DNA from: a virus
IMG/VR virus record: IMGVR_UViG_3300024346_000017
Location: 1-64,000 of that record
Direction: 5' to 3' (one strand)
DNA: 64,000 nt
Shown: positions 48,101-58,492 of the stretch, in pieces
Layout of the letters: every line of letters begins with the position of its first letter
Position numbering within the stretch: the stretch's first letter is position 1
Program-made: the position numbers and the translations under genes
The notes under the pieces: generated by a model
The model's database searches: none
Seen by the model: the letters and a program-made list of their open reading frames with translations, nothing else
Told to the model about the DNA's origin: nothing

Positions 48101-48658
48101 ATGGCCACCAGTTATCCAAATGCAATAGATCAACTTATTAATCCAAGCGGATCAGATGCATTATCAGCACCATCACATTCAGAACAGCATTCAAATGCAA
48201 ATGATGCAATAGAAGCATTACAAACAAAAGTTGGAACAGACGGATCTACAGATACAAATTCTATAACATATAAAATAAACGACATAGTTTCTATATTGGG
48301 AGATCTAGACAATAGCACAGACGCCGTCGTAGAACTTCTGGGACTAGAAGGCAACAATGATCTTTCTGTTTATGGAATTGAAAATCCAACTAACGTAGAC
48401 TCATTTGCAAAAGCTACTTGGAGAACAGTCAATTATAATCTTCAGGTAACAAAGGGAACAGATGTCTACACATCAGAAATCCTCGCTTCACATGATGGAA
48501 CAAACATAATGGTTTCAGAGTCAAACATCATCTCAAACTCAAACACAAGTCTATTTACTTATACCTTTGAAGAAAACTCAGGTATAATTAGTTTAAGAAT
48601 CACCCCTGTTTCTGGTTCTATTTCAGTTAGATTTTCAAGAACAGCGCTTAAAGCATAA
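48101..48658 (+). CDS. Virion structural protein
   Basis: HSEQHSNANDAIEALQTKVG; C-terminal domain related to that of 48688..50250. Confidence 0.65.
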   Translation: MATSYPNAIDQLINPSGSDALSAPSHSEQHSNANDAIEALQTKVGTDGSTDTNSITYKINDIVSILGDLDNSTDAVVELLGLEGNNDLSVYGIENPTNVDSFAKATWRTVNYNLQVTKGTDVYTSEILASHDGTNIMVSESNIISNSNTSLFTYTFEENSGIISLRITPVSGSISVRFSRTALKA

Positions 48659-48687
48659 CAAAAAAAGCAGTAAGAGGAGTCATATAA

Positions 48688-50250
48688 ATGGCAACAGTAA
48701 CAAAAAACTTTAGAATTAAATCTGGCCTCATTGTTGAAGGTACTTCGGGTACGATCAATGGCCAAAACATCCTTACAGAAACAGGTGGAGATAGTTATAT
48801 TCTCAATCTTGTTGGTGGCGCTACTCTTGTAAAATCAGTAGAAGCAACCCAACTTGAAGTAAGCGGAGCTGGAAAACTATCCGTAAAATCTGGCGTATTT
48901 GATGCAGCAGGTGCAGCAGCAGCAGCACAGTCTGCAGCAGAAGCAACTGCATCAGCAGATGCAAGCGCAAAAGCTAGCGCAGCACAATCAGCCGCAACAA
49001 CTGCAGCAGCAACTGACGCTACTACAAAGGTAGCCGCAGAAGCAGCCCTAAGAGTATCAGGCGATGCAGCTTCAGTTTCAACTGCAGCAGCTGACGCAAC
49101 ATCAAAGGCAGCAACTGCTAAGTCAGAAGCAATTTCTGCAGCAGCAACAGATGCAACAGACAAGGTAGCTGCAGAAGCTGCCCTCAGAGTATCAGGCGAC
49201 GCAGCTTCAGTTTCAACTGCAGCAGCTGACGCAACATCAAAGGCTAATGCAGCGCAAACAGCCGCTATCTCTGCAGCAGCAGCAGATGCTACTACAAAGG
49301 CAGACGCAGCAAAGGCTGGAGCAGAAGCAACAGCAGCAGCAGCACTAACATCTGCAATCTCAACAGAGGTTTCAAACCGTAATACAGCAATTGGAGCAGC
49401 AGTAGATTCATTAGTAGACGGTGCACCAGCACTTCTTAATACATTAAATGAATTGGCAGCAGCAATCAATGATGATGCTAACTACACAACAACACTAACA
49501 TCAGCACTTGCTCTCAAAGCTAACTCAGCAGATGTTACAACAGCAATTGCAACCGCTAAATCAGAATCAGCTACAGATGCAACAGACAAGGTAGCCGCAG
49601 AAGCAGCCCTAAGAGTATCAGGCGATGCAGCTTCAGTTTCAACTGCAGCAGCAGATGCAACATCTAAGGCTAACGCAGCTCAAGCAGCAGCTATTGCAGC
49701 AGCAGAAACTGACGCTACAACCAAAGCAGGCGCAGCTCAAGCAGCAGCTATTGCAGCAGCAGCAACTGACGCTACAACCAAAGCAGGCGCAGCTCAAGCA
49801 GCAGCTATTGCAGCAGCAGCAACTGACGCTACTACAAAGGCTAACGCAGCTCAAGCAGCAGCGGAAGCAACTGCAGCAGCAGCCAATACAGCACAGCAAG
49901 CTGGAACAACATCTTTCACAGCATTAAATGTTAACGACCAGGCTAAGCAAATTGCAGCCTCATCAACATCACTTGGATCAGTTATAGTAACTGCTTATGA
50001 GTGGCCAAAGGCAGACTACCGTTCAGGTAAGTTCCTTGTTAAGATTGATAATGCAACACACAATGAAATATCAGAAATTCTAGTAACACTAGACTCATCA
50101 GACAACGTAGCAATTACAGAATATGCAATTGTCGGAACTAATGGATCAAGAGGAACTATTACAGCAGATGTATCAGGATCAAATGTAAGAATAAGAGTAA
50201 ATCCAGTAAATGATTCAACAATCAAAGTATCTGGAACACTTGTTAAATAA
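48688..50250 (+). CDS. Ala-rich coiled-coil fibre protein with internal repeats
   Basis: KVAAEAALRVSGDAASVSTAAADATSKA x3; 60-bp tandem repeats; APALLNTLNELAAAINDD. Confidence 0.8.
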   Translation: MATVTKNFRIKSGLIVEGTSGTINGQNILTETGGDSYILNLVGGATLVKSVEATQLEVSGAGKLSVKSGVFDAAGAAAAAQSAAEATASADASAKASAAQSAATTAAATDATTKVAAEAALRVSGDAASVSTAAADATSKAATAKSEAISAAATDATDKVAAEAALRVSGDAASVSTAAADATSKANAAQTAAISAAAADATTKADAAKAGAEATAAAALTSAISTEVSNRNTAIGAAVDSLVDGAPALLNTLNELAAAINDDANYTTTLTSALALKANSADVTTAIATAKSESATDATDKVAAEAALRVSGDAASVSTAAADATSKANAAQAAAIAAAETDATTKAGAAQAAAIAAAATDATTKAGAAQAAAIAAAATDATTKANAAQAAAEATAAAANTAQQAGTTSFTALNVNDQAKQIAASSTSLGSVIVTAYEWPKADYRSGKFLVKIDNATHNEISEILVTLDSSDNVAITEYAIVGTNGSRGTITADVSGSNVRIRVNPVNDSTIKVSGTLVK

Positions 50251-50261
50251 TTAAATAAAGG

Positions 50262-50290
50262 TTTTGGGGGATTCCTTAAAAATCCCCCAC
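50262..50290 (+). terminator. Hairpin or terminator after the fibre gene
   Basis: TGGGGGATT-CCTTAA-AATCCCCCA. Confidence 0.6.
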
Positions 50291-50320
50291 AATAAACAAT
50301 TAGGGGATATGTGAACTTAA

Positions 50321-50683
50321 ATGGCAACAGTAGATAAGAACTTTAAAGTAAAGAATGGGTTAAATGTAGCAGGAACTGCAACGTTTGATTCTAATATCGT
50401 ATTAGGAACAGCCCCAATATCTTTTGATACAACAACAAAAAGGCTACAAGTCCAGATTGATGGATCTTGGCAGCCTATAGCTTTGTATTCAGAAATTCCA
50501 AATGAAAACACTATGCTTTCATTTATGGATGTAGGTTTGGCGATTGATTACAATGGCCAGCCAACATATATTATTCAGGCAAATGGAGTTACACCATCAG
50601 GAACAAGCAAGTATGTTTCTGGAGGAGACGCTTCAACTACTGAGTTTGGAATGACCTTTGATTCAGGAGCATTAGTAGCATGA
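50321..50683 (+). CDS. Virion structural protein (N-terminus similar to 48688)
   Basis: MATVDKNFKVKNGL vs MATVTKNFRIKSGL. Confidence 0.7.
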   Translation: MATVDKNFKVKNGLNVAGTATFDSNIVLGTAPISFDTTTKRLQVQIDGSWQPIALYSEIPNENTMLSFMDVGLAIDYNGQPTYIIQANGVTPSGTSKYVSGGDASTTEFGMTFDSGALVA

Positions 50684-50744
50684 TGCTTAATTGTAATGGT
50701 TTAAATGCTATAATTTCAATATATCAAATAAAAGGGGTGGCATA

Positions 50745-53225
50745 ATGTCAACAGTAAGAATTCAAGTACGTAGAGGTTTAGCTTCAGAATGGACCGCAGC
50801 AAATCCAGTATTGGCTGCAGGTGAAATGGGTGTTGAAACAAACACTAATTTATTTAAGTTTGGTAACGGGTCTTCTACATGGACTGCCCTTGCATATGCC
50901 AACAACTCAGATGTAGCAATTGGTGAAATTTCCCAAGACGCTATCAACACAGCCCTTACAATGGGTGCAGGTTTAACAAAGACTTATAACGATGGAGCAA
51001 ATACAATAACTATAACTGTTGATACAGATGTAGTTTCAACAAGAGCATTTGCTACAACAGCAGCAGGGACTGCACAGACTGCAGCAGAAGCAACCGCAGC
51101 AGCAGATGCAAGCACAAAGGCTTCAGCAGCACAAGCTGCAGCAATTGCAGCAGCTTCAGCAGATGCAAGCGCAAAGGCTTCAGCAACTCTTGCTTCAGCA
51201 ACCGCAGCAGCAGCAGCATATACAGACTCTGCAGTAAATGGAGTAAATAACTCTCTTTCAGATTACCTAGAGGTAACAGAAAGAGGAGCAATGAATGGAG
51301 TTGCTTCCCTAGACGCAAATGTCAAGGTTCCACAAGCACAGCTTCCTTTAAATACTTTAACAACAAATATTAATACATCAGGAACAGTATCTGCAGCAAC
51401 AGTAATGGCAGAAGATGTAACTTCAAGCGGTGTAGTAACAGCAAACAATGTAACTATTAGTGGAAACCTAACTGTAAATGGAACAACCACATCAGTAAAT
51501 TCAACAAGCGTTACAATTGATGACCCAATGATTTATATTGGCGATGGCAATCAGTCAAACTCACTTGACCTTGGAGTTGTAGCAGCATTTAATGATGGCA
51601 CATACCAGCATGCAGGTCTTGTTCGTGATGCTTCAGATCAAGGAATCTGGAAACTATTCTCAGGAGTAACATCAGAGCCTGGCACAACAGTAGATTTCAC
51701 TACATATACAAAAGATAAGCTAGAACTAGGAACTTTGTATGCAGATGCAGCAAGAATTGGATCAGTTACAAATCTAGAAATTCAGCACCTAGGAGGAGTT
51801 ACTTCACCAATCCAGGCACAGCTTAATACCAAATTGGCTAGCGTACCTGATGATTCTGTTGGAACAGCTAAGATTCAAGCAGCTTCAGTAACTACTGCAA
51901 AAATTGCAGATGGTGCAATTGATACATCTAAAATTGCAGATGTTGCAGTAAGTACTGCAAAAATTGCAGATGGTGCAATTTTAACTGCAAAGCTTGCAGA
52001 TGCTTCTGTAACTTCAGCAAAAATTCCAGCAAACACAATTTCTCAATCACATCTAAATGATGACGCAGTAGGAACTGCAGAAATTGTTGCACTTGCAGTA
52101 ACTACCGAAAAGATTGCAGATGCTGCAGTAAGTACTGCAAAAATTGCAAATTCAGCAGTTACTACTTTAAAAATTGAAGATCTAGCAATCACAAATGAAA
52201 AGATTGCAACAGCAGCAGGAATAGCTCAGTCAAAGATTTCTGGATTAACTGAAGCCCTAGCTACAAAAGCAACAATTGATTCACCAACATTTACTGGTGC
52301 AGTTGTTCTTCCAGCAACAACAACAATCGGTCTAGTTGATGCAACTGAAATGGGATACTTAAATGGTGTTACATCTTCACTTCAAACACAGCTAACAGCC
52401 CTTGGAACAGCAGATTCAACACACGCAGCATTAACTGAAAATGTTCACGGCATTGCAAATACTGCAGCACTTGCAACAATGGCTTACGCTGATACAGCAG
52501 AAGCAGACGCAATTACAGCAGCAGGTACAGCAGCAGATTCAAAGATTGCAACTGCAGTAGCAGCACTTACAAAGTCTTCAGTAGGACTTGCAAATGTTGA
52601 TAATACAGCAGATGCATCAAAGCCAGTCTCTACAGCACAGGCTTCAGCAATCGCAACTGCTAAGTCAGAAGCAATTGCAGATGCAACTTCACAAGTAAAT
52701 GCATTACTAACAGGAGCTCCAGCAGCACTCAATACACTTGATGAGCTTGCAGCAGCACTCGGAGATGATGCAAACTTTGCAAGCACAGTTACTACTAGCT
52801 TAGCAGCTAAAGCACCAATTGCTTCACCAACATTTACTGGAACAGTAACAGTTGCAGCAGCAGGAGTAGCGTTTGCAGATAAGACTCAGACAAAGGCAGG
52901 CGTACCTTCTCTCACATCAATTGCCACAGCAGTTTCAGCAAGCACAACACTAGATGCGCTTGGAACAGATGCAGCAGTAAGAGATTCACTAGTTCCTCTA
53001 TCAGGAGCAGTAAACGTCAGCTTTGAAGCAACAGGAAATGCAAAGTATGAAATCGGTTCTTCAATCAGCTTCTACCAGTCAGCAGGAACTGGTGCTAATA
53101 TAACTGGATCTGGAGTTACAATTCTTGCGACACCAGGTGCAACATTAAGAACAACAAGTTCATCAGTAACAGCCACTAAGGTTGCAGCAACAACATGGTT
53201 GTTAGCTGGAGACCTAAGAGCATAA
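50745..53225 (+). CDS. Long tail fibre protein (Mtd-N-like domain; VTTAKIADGA decapeptide repeats)
   Basis: IQVRRG...W...NPVLAAGEMGVET; TAKIAD repeats; APAALNTLDELAAALGDD; TWLLAGDL end. Confidence 0.82.
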   Translation: MSTVRIQVRRGLASEWTAANPVLAAGEMGVETNTNLFKFGNGSSTWTALAYANNSDVAIGEISQDAINTALTMGAGLTKTYNDGANTITITVDTDVVSTRAFATTAAGTAQTAAEATAAADASTKASAAQAAAIAAASADASAKASATLASATAAAAAYTDSAVNGVNNSLSDYLEVTERGAMNGVASLDANVKVPQAQLPLNTLTTNINTSGTVSAATVMAEDVTSSGVVTANNVTISGNLTVNGTTTSVNSTSVTIDDPMIYIGDGNQSNSLDLGVVAAFNDGTYQHAGLVRDASDQGIWKLFSGVTSEPGTTVDFTTYTKDKLELGTLYADAARIGSVTNLEIQHLGGVTSPIQAQLNTKLASVPDDSVGTAKIQAASVTTAKIADGAIDTSKIADVAVSTAKIADGAILTAKLADASVTSAKIPANTISQSHLNDDAVGTAEIVALAVTTEKIADAAVSTAKIANSAVTTLKIEDLAITNEKIATAAGIAQSKISGLTEALATKATIDSPTFTGAVVLPATTTIGLVDATEMGYLNGVTSSLQTQLTALGTADSTHAALTENVHGIANTAALATMAYADTAEADAITAAGTAADSKIATAVAALTKSSVGLANVDNTADASKPVSTAQASAIATAKSEAIADATSQVNALLTGAPAALNTLDELAAALGDDANFASTVTTSLAAKAPIASPTFTGTVTVAAAGVAFADKTQTKAGVPSLTSIATAVSASTTLDALGTDAAVRDSLVPLSGAVNVSFEATGNAKYEIGSSISFYQSAGTGANITGSGVTILATPGATLRTTSSSVTATKVAATTWLLAGDLRA

Positions 53226-53245
53226 TTGGAAAATAGGAGAATAAA

Positions 53246-54079
53246 ATGTCAAAAAATATAGGTAATAAAGCCGCCGCACAAGACAACTTCATTGGACCAA
53301 ATGCTCCAACTGGCTTAACTGCAACAAATGTTGGAGCTAACAGAGCATTTAACGATGGGCGTATTGATCTAGCATGGGTTGCACCAACTGGAGCAAATAC
53401 TCCAACATCATATAAGATTATGCGTGGTGGAGCAGAAATTGCAACAGTTTCTCACCCTACAGTAACTTATTCAAATACTGGACTAACATCAGCCACACTT
53501 TACTCTTATACAGTAAGAGCAGCAGATGCTTATGGAACTTCAGCCGATTCAAACGCTGCAACAGCAACAGCAACAACAGTTCCTTCTGCTCCAACAAGTG
53601 CATCTGCAACAGCAGGAGTTAATGCAAACACAGTTCAGTGGGCAGCGCCAGCAACTGGTGGAACTGCAATCACAAACTACTATGTTGTTGGAAATGATGC
53701 AACAACTGGAAATACTACTGGTTTATCTGTATCAATTGCAGATTCTGCAAATACATCTCAATACTATAACGTATATGCAGACAATGCTAATGGAAGATCA
53801 GCTGCATCAAATAACACTAATACTGTTACTACACTTGCACCTACTTTCTTCGCACCACCGTTTTTCCCACCATTCTTTCCACCAAGCTTCTTCGCCCCAC
53901 CAGGGTTCTTTGCCCCACCAAGCTTCTTTGCACCGCCAGTGTTCTTTGCCCCACCAGGGTTCTTTGCACCGCCAGTGTTCTTTGCCCCACCAGGGTTCTT
54001 TGCACCGCCAGTGTTCTTTGCGCCACCAAGCTTCTTTGCGCCACCAACATTTGGCTCACGTTTTATCAGATCGTATTAA
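53246..54079 (+). CDS. Two-FN3 virion protein with (FFAPPx)n tail and FGSRFIRSY end
   Basis: PNAPTGLTAT...LAW...YSYTVRA; VPSAPT...VQWAAP...GG..ITNY. Confidence 0.82.
   Translation: MSKNIGNKAAAQDNFIGPNAPTGLTATNVGANRAFNDGRIDLAWVAPTGANTPTSYKIMRGGAEIATVSHPTVTYSNTGLTSATLYSYTVRAADAYGTSADSNAATATATTVPSAPTSASATAGVNANTVQWAAPATGGTAITNYYVVGNDATTGNTTGLSVSIADSANTSQYYNVYADNANGRSAASNNTNTVTTLAPTFFAPPFFPPFFPPSFFAPPGFFAPPSFFAPPVFFAPPGFFAPPVFFAPPGFFAPPVFFAPPSFFAPPTFGSRFIRSY
53846..54049 (+). repeat. Degenerate 18-bp repeats encoding FFAPP[G/S/V/T] (10 FFAPP plus 2 FFPP)
   Basis: Synonymously diverged units. Confidence 0.95.
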
Positions 54080-54090
54080 TAATATACAAA

Positions 54091-54120
54091 ACAATAGCAA
54101 GGGGCAACCCTTGCTATTGT
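54091..54120 (+). terminator. Hairpin with a 13-bp perfect stem and GCAA tetraloop
   Basis: ACAATAGCAAGGG-GCAA-CCCTTGCTATTGT. Confidence 0.8.
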
Positions 54121-54151
54121 GCTATATAAATATAAATGATACAATTTGTAT

Positions 54152-54856
54152 ATGACAAATATAAATGAATCTTTTAGCTTTTCTTCTAAAGAACAGCTTT
54201 TCCCAGGCGTATGGGTTTACAGAAATGTAATTAAGAACGACCTTGATATTATTAATAGGCTCAATGAAATTGGCGAATCTGCCATAAGCGAGAACGATAC
54301 AAGATACGCATGGACGTTTGGCTTTGTTGGGTATAGCGAAAAAAGACCATCATACAGAGACTGTGAAGACATTAAAGTCGGAGAAATTAAAAACCCTAGA
54401 TCTAAAACAGAGCAATTAGTTTCTAGTTTGTGGACAGATTTAAAAAAATCACAGTCCCCAGCTGTTGAAGACTATTGCGGAATGTATAATGTAAAAATGG
54501 ATTACTGGGAAGTAATGAACTGCATCAAATATGGAAAGGGACAACATTTCCAAGAGCATGCAGACCATGGGTTCTCTTATAGCGCTACAGTTTCATTAGT
54601 TGCATACGTAAACGACGACTATGAAGGCGGAAACTTATATTTCCCTAAGCTTAATCTAGATATTAAGCCAAAAGCTGGAGACCTATATATATTCCCATCA
54701 ACATATTTATTTTCACACAGGGCAATGCCAGTTGATTCTGGAATGAAGGTTTCAATTGTAACTATGCTAGATTATAATGATCATGCTCATAGACAAGAGT
54801 TTATGCAGATGAGAGCTAACTGGTTAGAGCAAGACGCACAAGCTGGCAAGAACTAA
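54152..54856 (+). CDS. 2OG-Fe(II) oxygenase (P4H-like); leaderless start 54152
   Basis: HAD...YVNDDYEGG...SHRAMPV...K; TGaTACAAT 6 nt upstream. Confidence 0.9.
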   Translation: MTNINESFSFSSKEQLFPGVWVYRNVIKNDLDIINRLNEIGESAISENDTRYAWTFGFVGYSEKRPSYRDCEDIKVGEIKNPRSKTEQLVSSLWTDLKKSQSPAVEDYCGMYNVKMDYWEVMNCIKYGKGQHFQEHADHGFSYSATVSLVAYVNDDYEGGNLYFPKLNLDIKPKAGDLYIFPSTYLFSHRAMPVDSGMKVSIVTMLDYNDHAHRQEFMQMRANWLEQDAQAGKN

Positions 54857-54857
54857 A

Positions 54858-55580
54858 ATGTATAATATAGAGGCATACTTTGTTAGAGAAGGGTTTGGCC
54901 AAGTTAGCCCTCTATCAGTAAAGAGAGACTGGATGGATCAAACATTTGACGCACATGCCTATAAGTGTTTCCCAGTCAGCCTAACTAATCAATTGGGTTG
55001 GGGTATATCTTTTCCAGAAGACATATCATTTATTTGGGATGGAATTACAGATAGCAGTCCAGATCATGTAAAAATATTGTCTGGAGAAAAATATGCATAT
55101 GCTGGTAGAGCAAATGCAACAATCAGCTTTAATACTGGAATAATGTTTAAGACTGACGAAAACTCAACTTTAATGTCTATGCCTGTACCCAATCTTTTTA
55201 TTGATGGCGCAACCCCTTTTACTACATTAATCAGTACATCTTTTTATAGAGGAGAGCTACCAGCAGCCTGGATGATAACAAAAGCAAATGAAGTTATAAC
55301 CATTAAAGCTGGAACCCCAGTAATATCAGTAATGCCAATAAATTTAGATTCAATTAATAACTCAGAGATGCAGTTTAAAGAATTATCATCTCTCCCAGAG
55401 CCTTTGTTTGACTCTACAGAATATTCTAATGTTATATATGACTTAAATAGAACCGCAACATGGTCCAATTTTTATAGAGATGCAGTAGATCATTTAAAGA
55501 GAAAAATTGGATCTCACCAAGTAAAGGCAATAAGACTAAAAACAAATAATGATATAATGAATAAAGGAGGAAGCAAATGA
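54858..55580 (+). CDS. DUF6065-like protein
   Basis: RDWMD....HAYKCFPVSLTNQLGW...PN...IKAGTPV. Confidence 0.7.
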   Translation: MYNIEAYFVREGFGQVSPLSVKRDWMDQTFDAHAYKCFPVSLTNQLGWGISFPEDISFIWDGITDSSPDHVKILSGEKYAYAGRANATISFNTGIMFKTDENSTLMSMPVPNLFIDGATPFTTLISTSFYRGELPAAWMITKANEVITIKAGTPVISVMPINLDSINNSEMQFKELSSLPEPLFDSTEYSNVIYDLNRTATWSNFYRDAVDHLKRKIGSHQVKAIRLKTNNDIMNKGGSK

Positions 55581-56251
55581 AACCATCAAACGACTGGGGC
55601 AATAATGCTCCTATATCTATAACCCCCTCTGGCTTTTTTGGAAACTCTTCTTCCAATATTATAGAAATTAAAGACTTCCTTTCTTTGGCGGAAAGAGAAA
55701 GACTTATGGACTTTGCTTTAAACAATAAAATTTGGGATATAACAGAAACTCATCGTGATGCAGACGGACTAGTTTTATATGATCATAAAATTTGGGAAGA
55801 CAGAGTATGTACTTATAACTCTCTTATGGCATCCGATCCAGGCATACTTGAGCTTATCTACAGTATGATCGATAGATTAAAAATAGAAGTAGATGCATTT
55901 TTTAGTGTAGATGCAAAAGAAACTGGTCCAGCAATTGTTCGTTGGCCTGTTGGCGCAAGACAAGAACCCCATGCAGATAAAGAATTTCATGCTGGTCCAG
56001 AAAAAGGAAGGGCTAACGATTTCCCATGGTATGATTTAGCTGGATTATTTTATTTTAACGATGACTATGAAGGAGGAGAACTTTATTTCCCTCAGCATGG
56101 CATTGAGTTTAAACCAGTTGCAGGAGCAGCATATTTTTTCCCAGGCGATATGAATTATACGCATGGAGTCCGCCCAGTAAAGTCTGGGAATAGGTTTACA
56201 TCACCATTTTTTTGGACTATAAAAAAACATACAGGAGAAAAACAGCCATGA
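55577..56251 (+). CDS. 2OG-Fe(II) oxygenase (P4H-like)
   Basis: HAD...YFNDDYEGGELYF...HGVRPV.SG.R. Confidence 0.92.
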   Translation: MKPSNDWGNNAPISITPSGFFGNSSSNIIEIKDFLSLAERERLMDFALNNKIWDITETHRDADGLVLYDHKIWEDRVCTYNSLMASDPGILELIYSMIDRLKIEVDAFFSVDAKETGPAIVRWPVGARQEPHADKEFHAGPEKGRANDFPWYDLAGLFYFNDDYEGGELYFPQHGIEFKPVAGAAYFFPGDMNYTHGVRPVKSGNRFTSPFFWTIKKHTGEKQP

Positions 56252-57066
56252 GTAAATTAGAATATGTAGAGCTTTATCCAAAAGTAGATATCTATAGAAA
56301 TGTTTTAAAAGACCCAAACCAGCTATATGCAGTAATGAATGAATCTGAAAAGACATCAGAAGGAAAGTACTTTTTAAAAACATGGGATCCGTGGGCGCAC
56401 TTTGGAACATACACACAAAAAAAGGACCCAAGAGAAGTTTCTGCTGAAATTCAAAAAGAAGAGATGTTTATTAAAGAAAAACAATTTGTTGAAGAAGTTG
56501 AAGAAGCTTACAACAAGGTTGTATTAGATTATGTAGAAAGACACGGCATTGATTTGCCAGACGGATGGCATTTTAGTGGTTGCTCCTATTCAAAATATCA
56601 CGCAAACATTGATACGCTAAATAATAGCATGACAATGCAATATCATACAGACCATATAACCTCTCAAAAAGATATGCCTGGAGATAAGTTTTCTATAACA
56701 TGTACCATGTACATTAATGATGATTATGAAGGCGGAGACATTGAGTTTTATGTTGATGGAAATCTTATTAATCACAAGCCTCAAGCAGGAGACATTTTGG
56801 TTTTTCCATCTACAGAGCCATATTTTCATGGAGTAAAAACAATTAACACTAATGAAAAATTCTTTGTCAGAAACTTTATTATGACTCCACACAATGGCAC
56901 AGAAGAATGGCTTGCGAATCAAAGAAAATTTGGTGCTTACAGATGGGCAAAAATGGAACAAGAAAGAATAGACCACGACGATAAAAGAAATATGGTTTAT
57001 TTTGCAGACGGCAAGCCTATATCATACGAAGACTATATGAGCACAAACAAGGGCAAAGGTAAATAA
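56248..57066 (+). CDS. 2OG-Fe(II) oxygenase (P4H-like); ORF track start 56212
   Basis: HTD...YINDDYEGG...HGV...K; AGGAG RBS. Confidence 0.9.
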   Translation: MSKLEYVELYPKVDIYRNVLKDPNQLYAVMNESEKTSEGKYFLKTWDPWAHFGTYTQKKDPREVSAEIQKEEMFIKEKQFVEEVEEAYNKVVLDYVERHGIDLPDGWHFSGCSYSKYHANIDTLNNSMTMQYHTDHITSQKDMPGDKFSITCTMYINDDYEGGDIEFYVDGNLINHKPQAGDILVFPSTEPYFHGVKTINTNEKFFVRNFIMTPHNGTEEWLANQRKFGAYRWAKMEQERIDHDDKRNMVYFADGKPISYEDYMSTNKGKGK

Positions 57067-57067
57067 C

Positions 57068-57820
57068 ATGGAAAGAAATATGATTATAACTAGACACAAG
57101 CCAGATATCGTACAGTATGATAATTTTTTAACTCCAGATGAGTGTAAATCTATCATAGATGTTTTGGCCATCAAAATGGAAAAGGATCAACTTAGATGGA
57201 TGCCAATTTCATTTTATGAATCATATTCATCTGGAACCCCAGAGCTAAATGATCCAGATACAATTGCTTCTGGTCTTCCAGGAGATTTTTTTCAAGACTT
57301 AAGACAGAGAGTTATAAACGCAACTGCAGATATGGCTGGTAAATCTCCAGAACAAATGTCTCAAATAAGCTGGCACTCTCAAAGATGGGCACCAGGAGCA
57401 TTTGCAAATATGCATTCTGATAACACATCTAATGATGGTGTATCTGGTGCATTTACTAGAAGCAGATATGCAACATTCCTTTATTTAAATGACGACTTTG
57501 AAGATGGTGTTTTAAACTTTAAACATGGGCTTACAATTGTTCCTAAGACGGGAACCCTTGTAACTTTTGCTGGAGGATTTGATAACATGCATGAGGTTAC
57601 AACTGTCAAAAAGTCTATTCGATATACCCTTGGTTCATTTTGGGACGATAGAGAAGAAAGCGATTATCCGCAAGAAGTAAGAGATGCTTGGGCGGAAGAG
57701 CTTGCAAAAGTCAGAGCAATTCAAAAAGATGAGGCAGCAGAATGGGAAGATTATAGAAAAAGAGGAGTAAGAATAACTCCACGAGGAGAACAATACCCAG
57801 CTTCTGAAGTGGAAGGCTAA
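57068..57820 (+). CDS. 2OG-Fe(II) oxygenase (P4H-like)
   Basis: DNFLTPDEC...HSD...YLNDDFEDG...HEV...R. Confidence 0.92.
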   Translation: MERNMIITRHKPDIVQYDNFLTPDECKSIIDVLAIKMEKDQLRWMPISFYESYSSGTPELNDPDTIASGLPGDFFQDLRQRVINATADMAGKSPEQMSQISWHSQRWAPGAFANMHSDNTSNDGVSGAFTRSRYATFLYLNDDFEDGVLNFKHGLTIVPKTGTLVTFAGGFDNMHEVTTVKKSIRYTLGSFWDDREESDYPQEVRDAWAEELAKVRAIQKDEAAEWEDYRKRGVRITPRGEQYPASEVEG

Positions 57821-57821
57821 T

Positions 57822-58472
57822 ATGCAAAACGATGTTGATTTTAAACAATTTACAATGTTTAACGTACACGCACTAGACCCAAATATTTGGTATTGGGAAA
57901 ATGTTCTTAGCTATCCAAAAGAATTAAATAGCTTTATAGAAGAAATAGATTCTATTCCAGAATCATATTCAAGAATTTCAAAATGGGAAAACTGGTCTGC
58001 AAGTAATGATGAGTCTTTAATTTATGGCGCAACAAAAAATATATTTAGATCTAAGCTAAAAGAAACTACTGGCTCTGACGCAGTTGATAAAAAAACATTG
58101 TACATTGCAAACAGCTTTATCATGGCAGCTGAAATGTGCTCAGATAGGTATTTTGCGAGTCACGGATTAGATAAAAATAATTACAATTTAGAAATAAATC
58201 AAATTCCAATTAAAAAATGGAATCAAGGACAATCAATGGGCCCACACTTTGATGGTCAAGATGGAAATAAAGACTTAGCCTTCTCTCTTGTAACTTATAT
58301 AAATGACGACTACGAAGGTGGAGAAATTCATTTTCCAAATCAAAATGTTACGTTAAAGCCAGCAGCTGGAAGCTTAATAATGTTTCCATCTCAAGAGCCA
58401 TATATCCACGAAGTAAAACCTATTATTTCTGGAACAAGATACATGAGTCCAGCACACGTATATATTAAATAG
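57822..58472 (+). CDS. 2OG-Fe(II) oxygenase (P4H-like)
   Basis: HFD...YINDDYEGG...HEVKP...R. Confidence 0.92.
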   Translation: MQNDVDFKQFTMFNVHALDPNIWYWENVLSYPKELNSFIEEIDSIPESYSRISKWENWSASNDESLIYGATKNIFRSKLKETTGSDAVDKKTLYIANSFIMAAEMCSDRYFASHGLDKNNYNLEINQIPIKKWNQGQSMGPHFDGQDGNKDLAFSLVTYINDDYEGGEIHFPNQNVTLKPAAGSLIMFPSQEPYIHEVKPIISGTRYMSPAHVYIK

Positions 58473-58492
58473 ATAGGTGGTATAATAAAAAA

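Noticed and set aside
48795-52786. Poly-Gln, poly-Cys and poly-Leu ORFs and antisense Ala-rich ORFs
   Set aside because: Artefacts of GCA-codon-rich Ala repeats in the fibre genes.
43781-53225. Diversity-generating retroelement suggested by Mtd-N-like domains
   Set aside because: No reverse transcriptase and no TR/VR pair with adenine-specific differences seen; the shared tails differ at synonymous sites of all base types.
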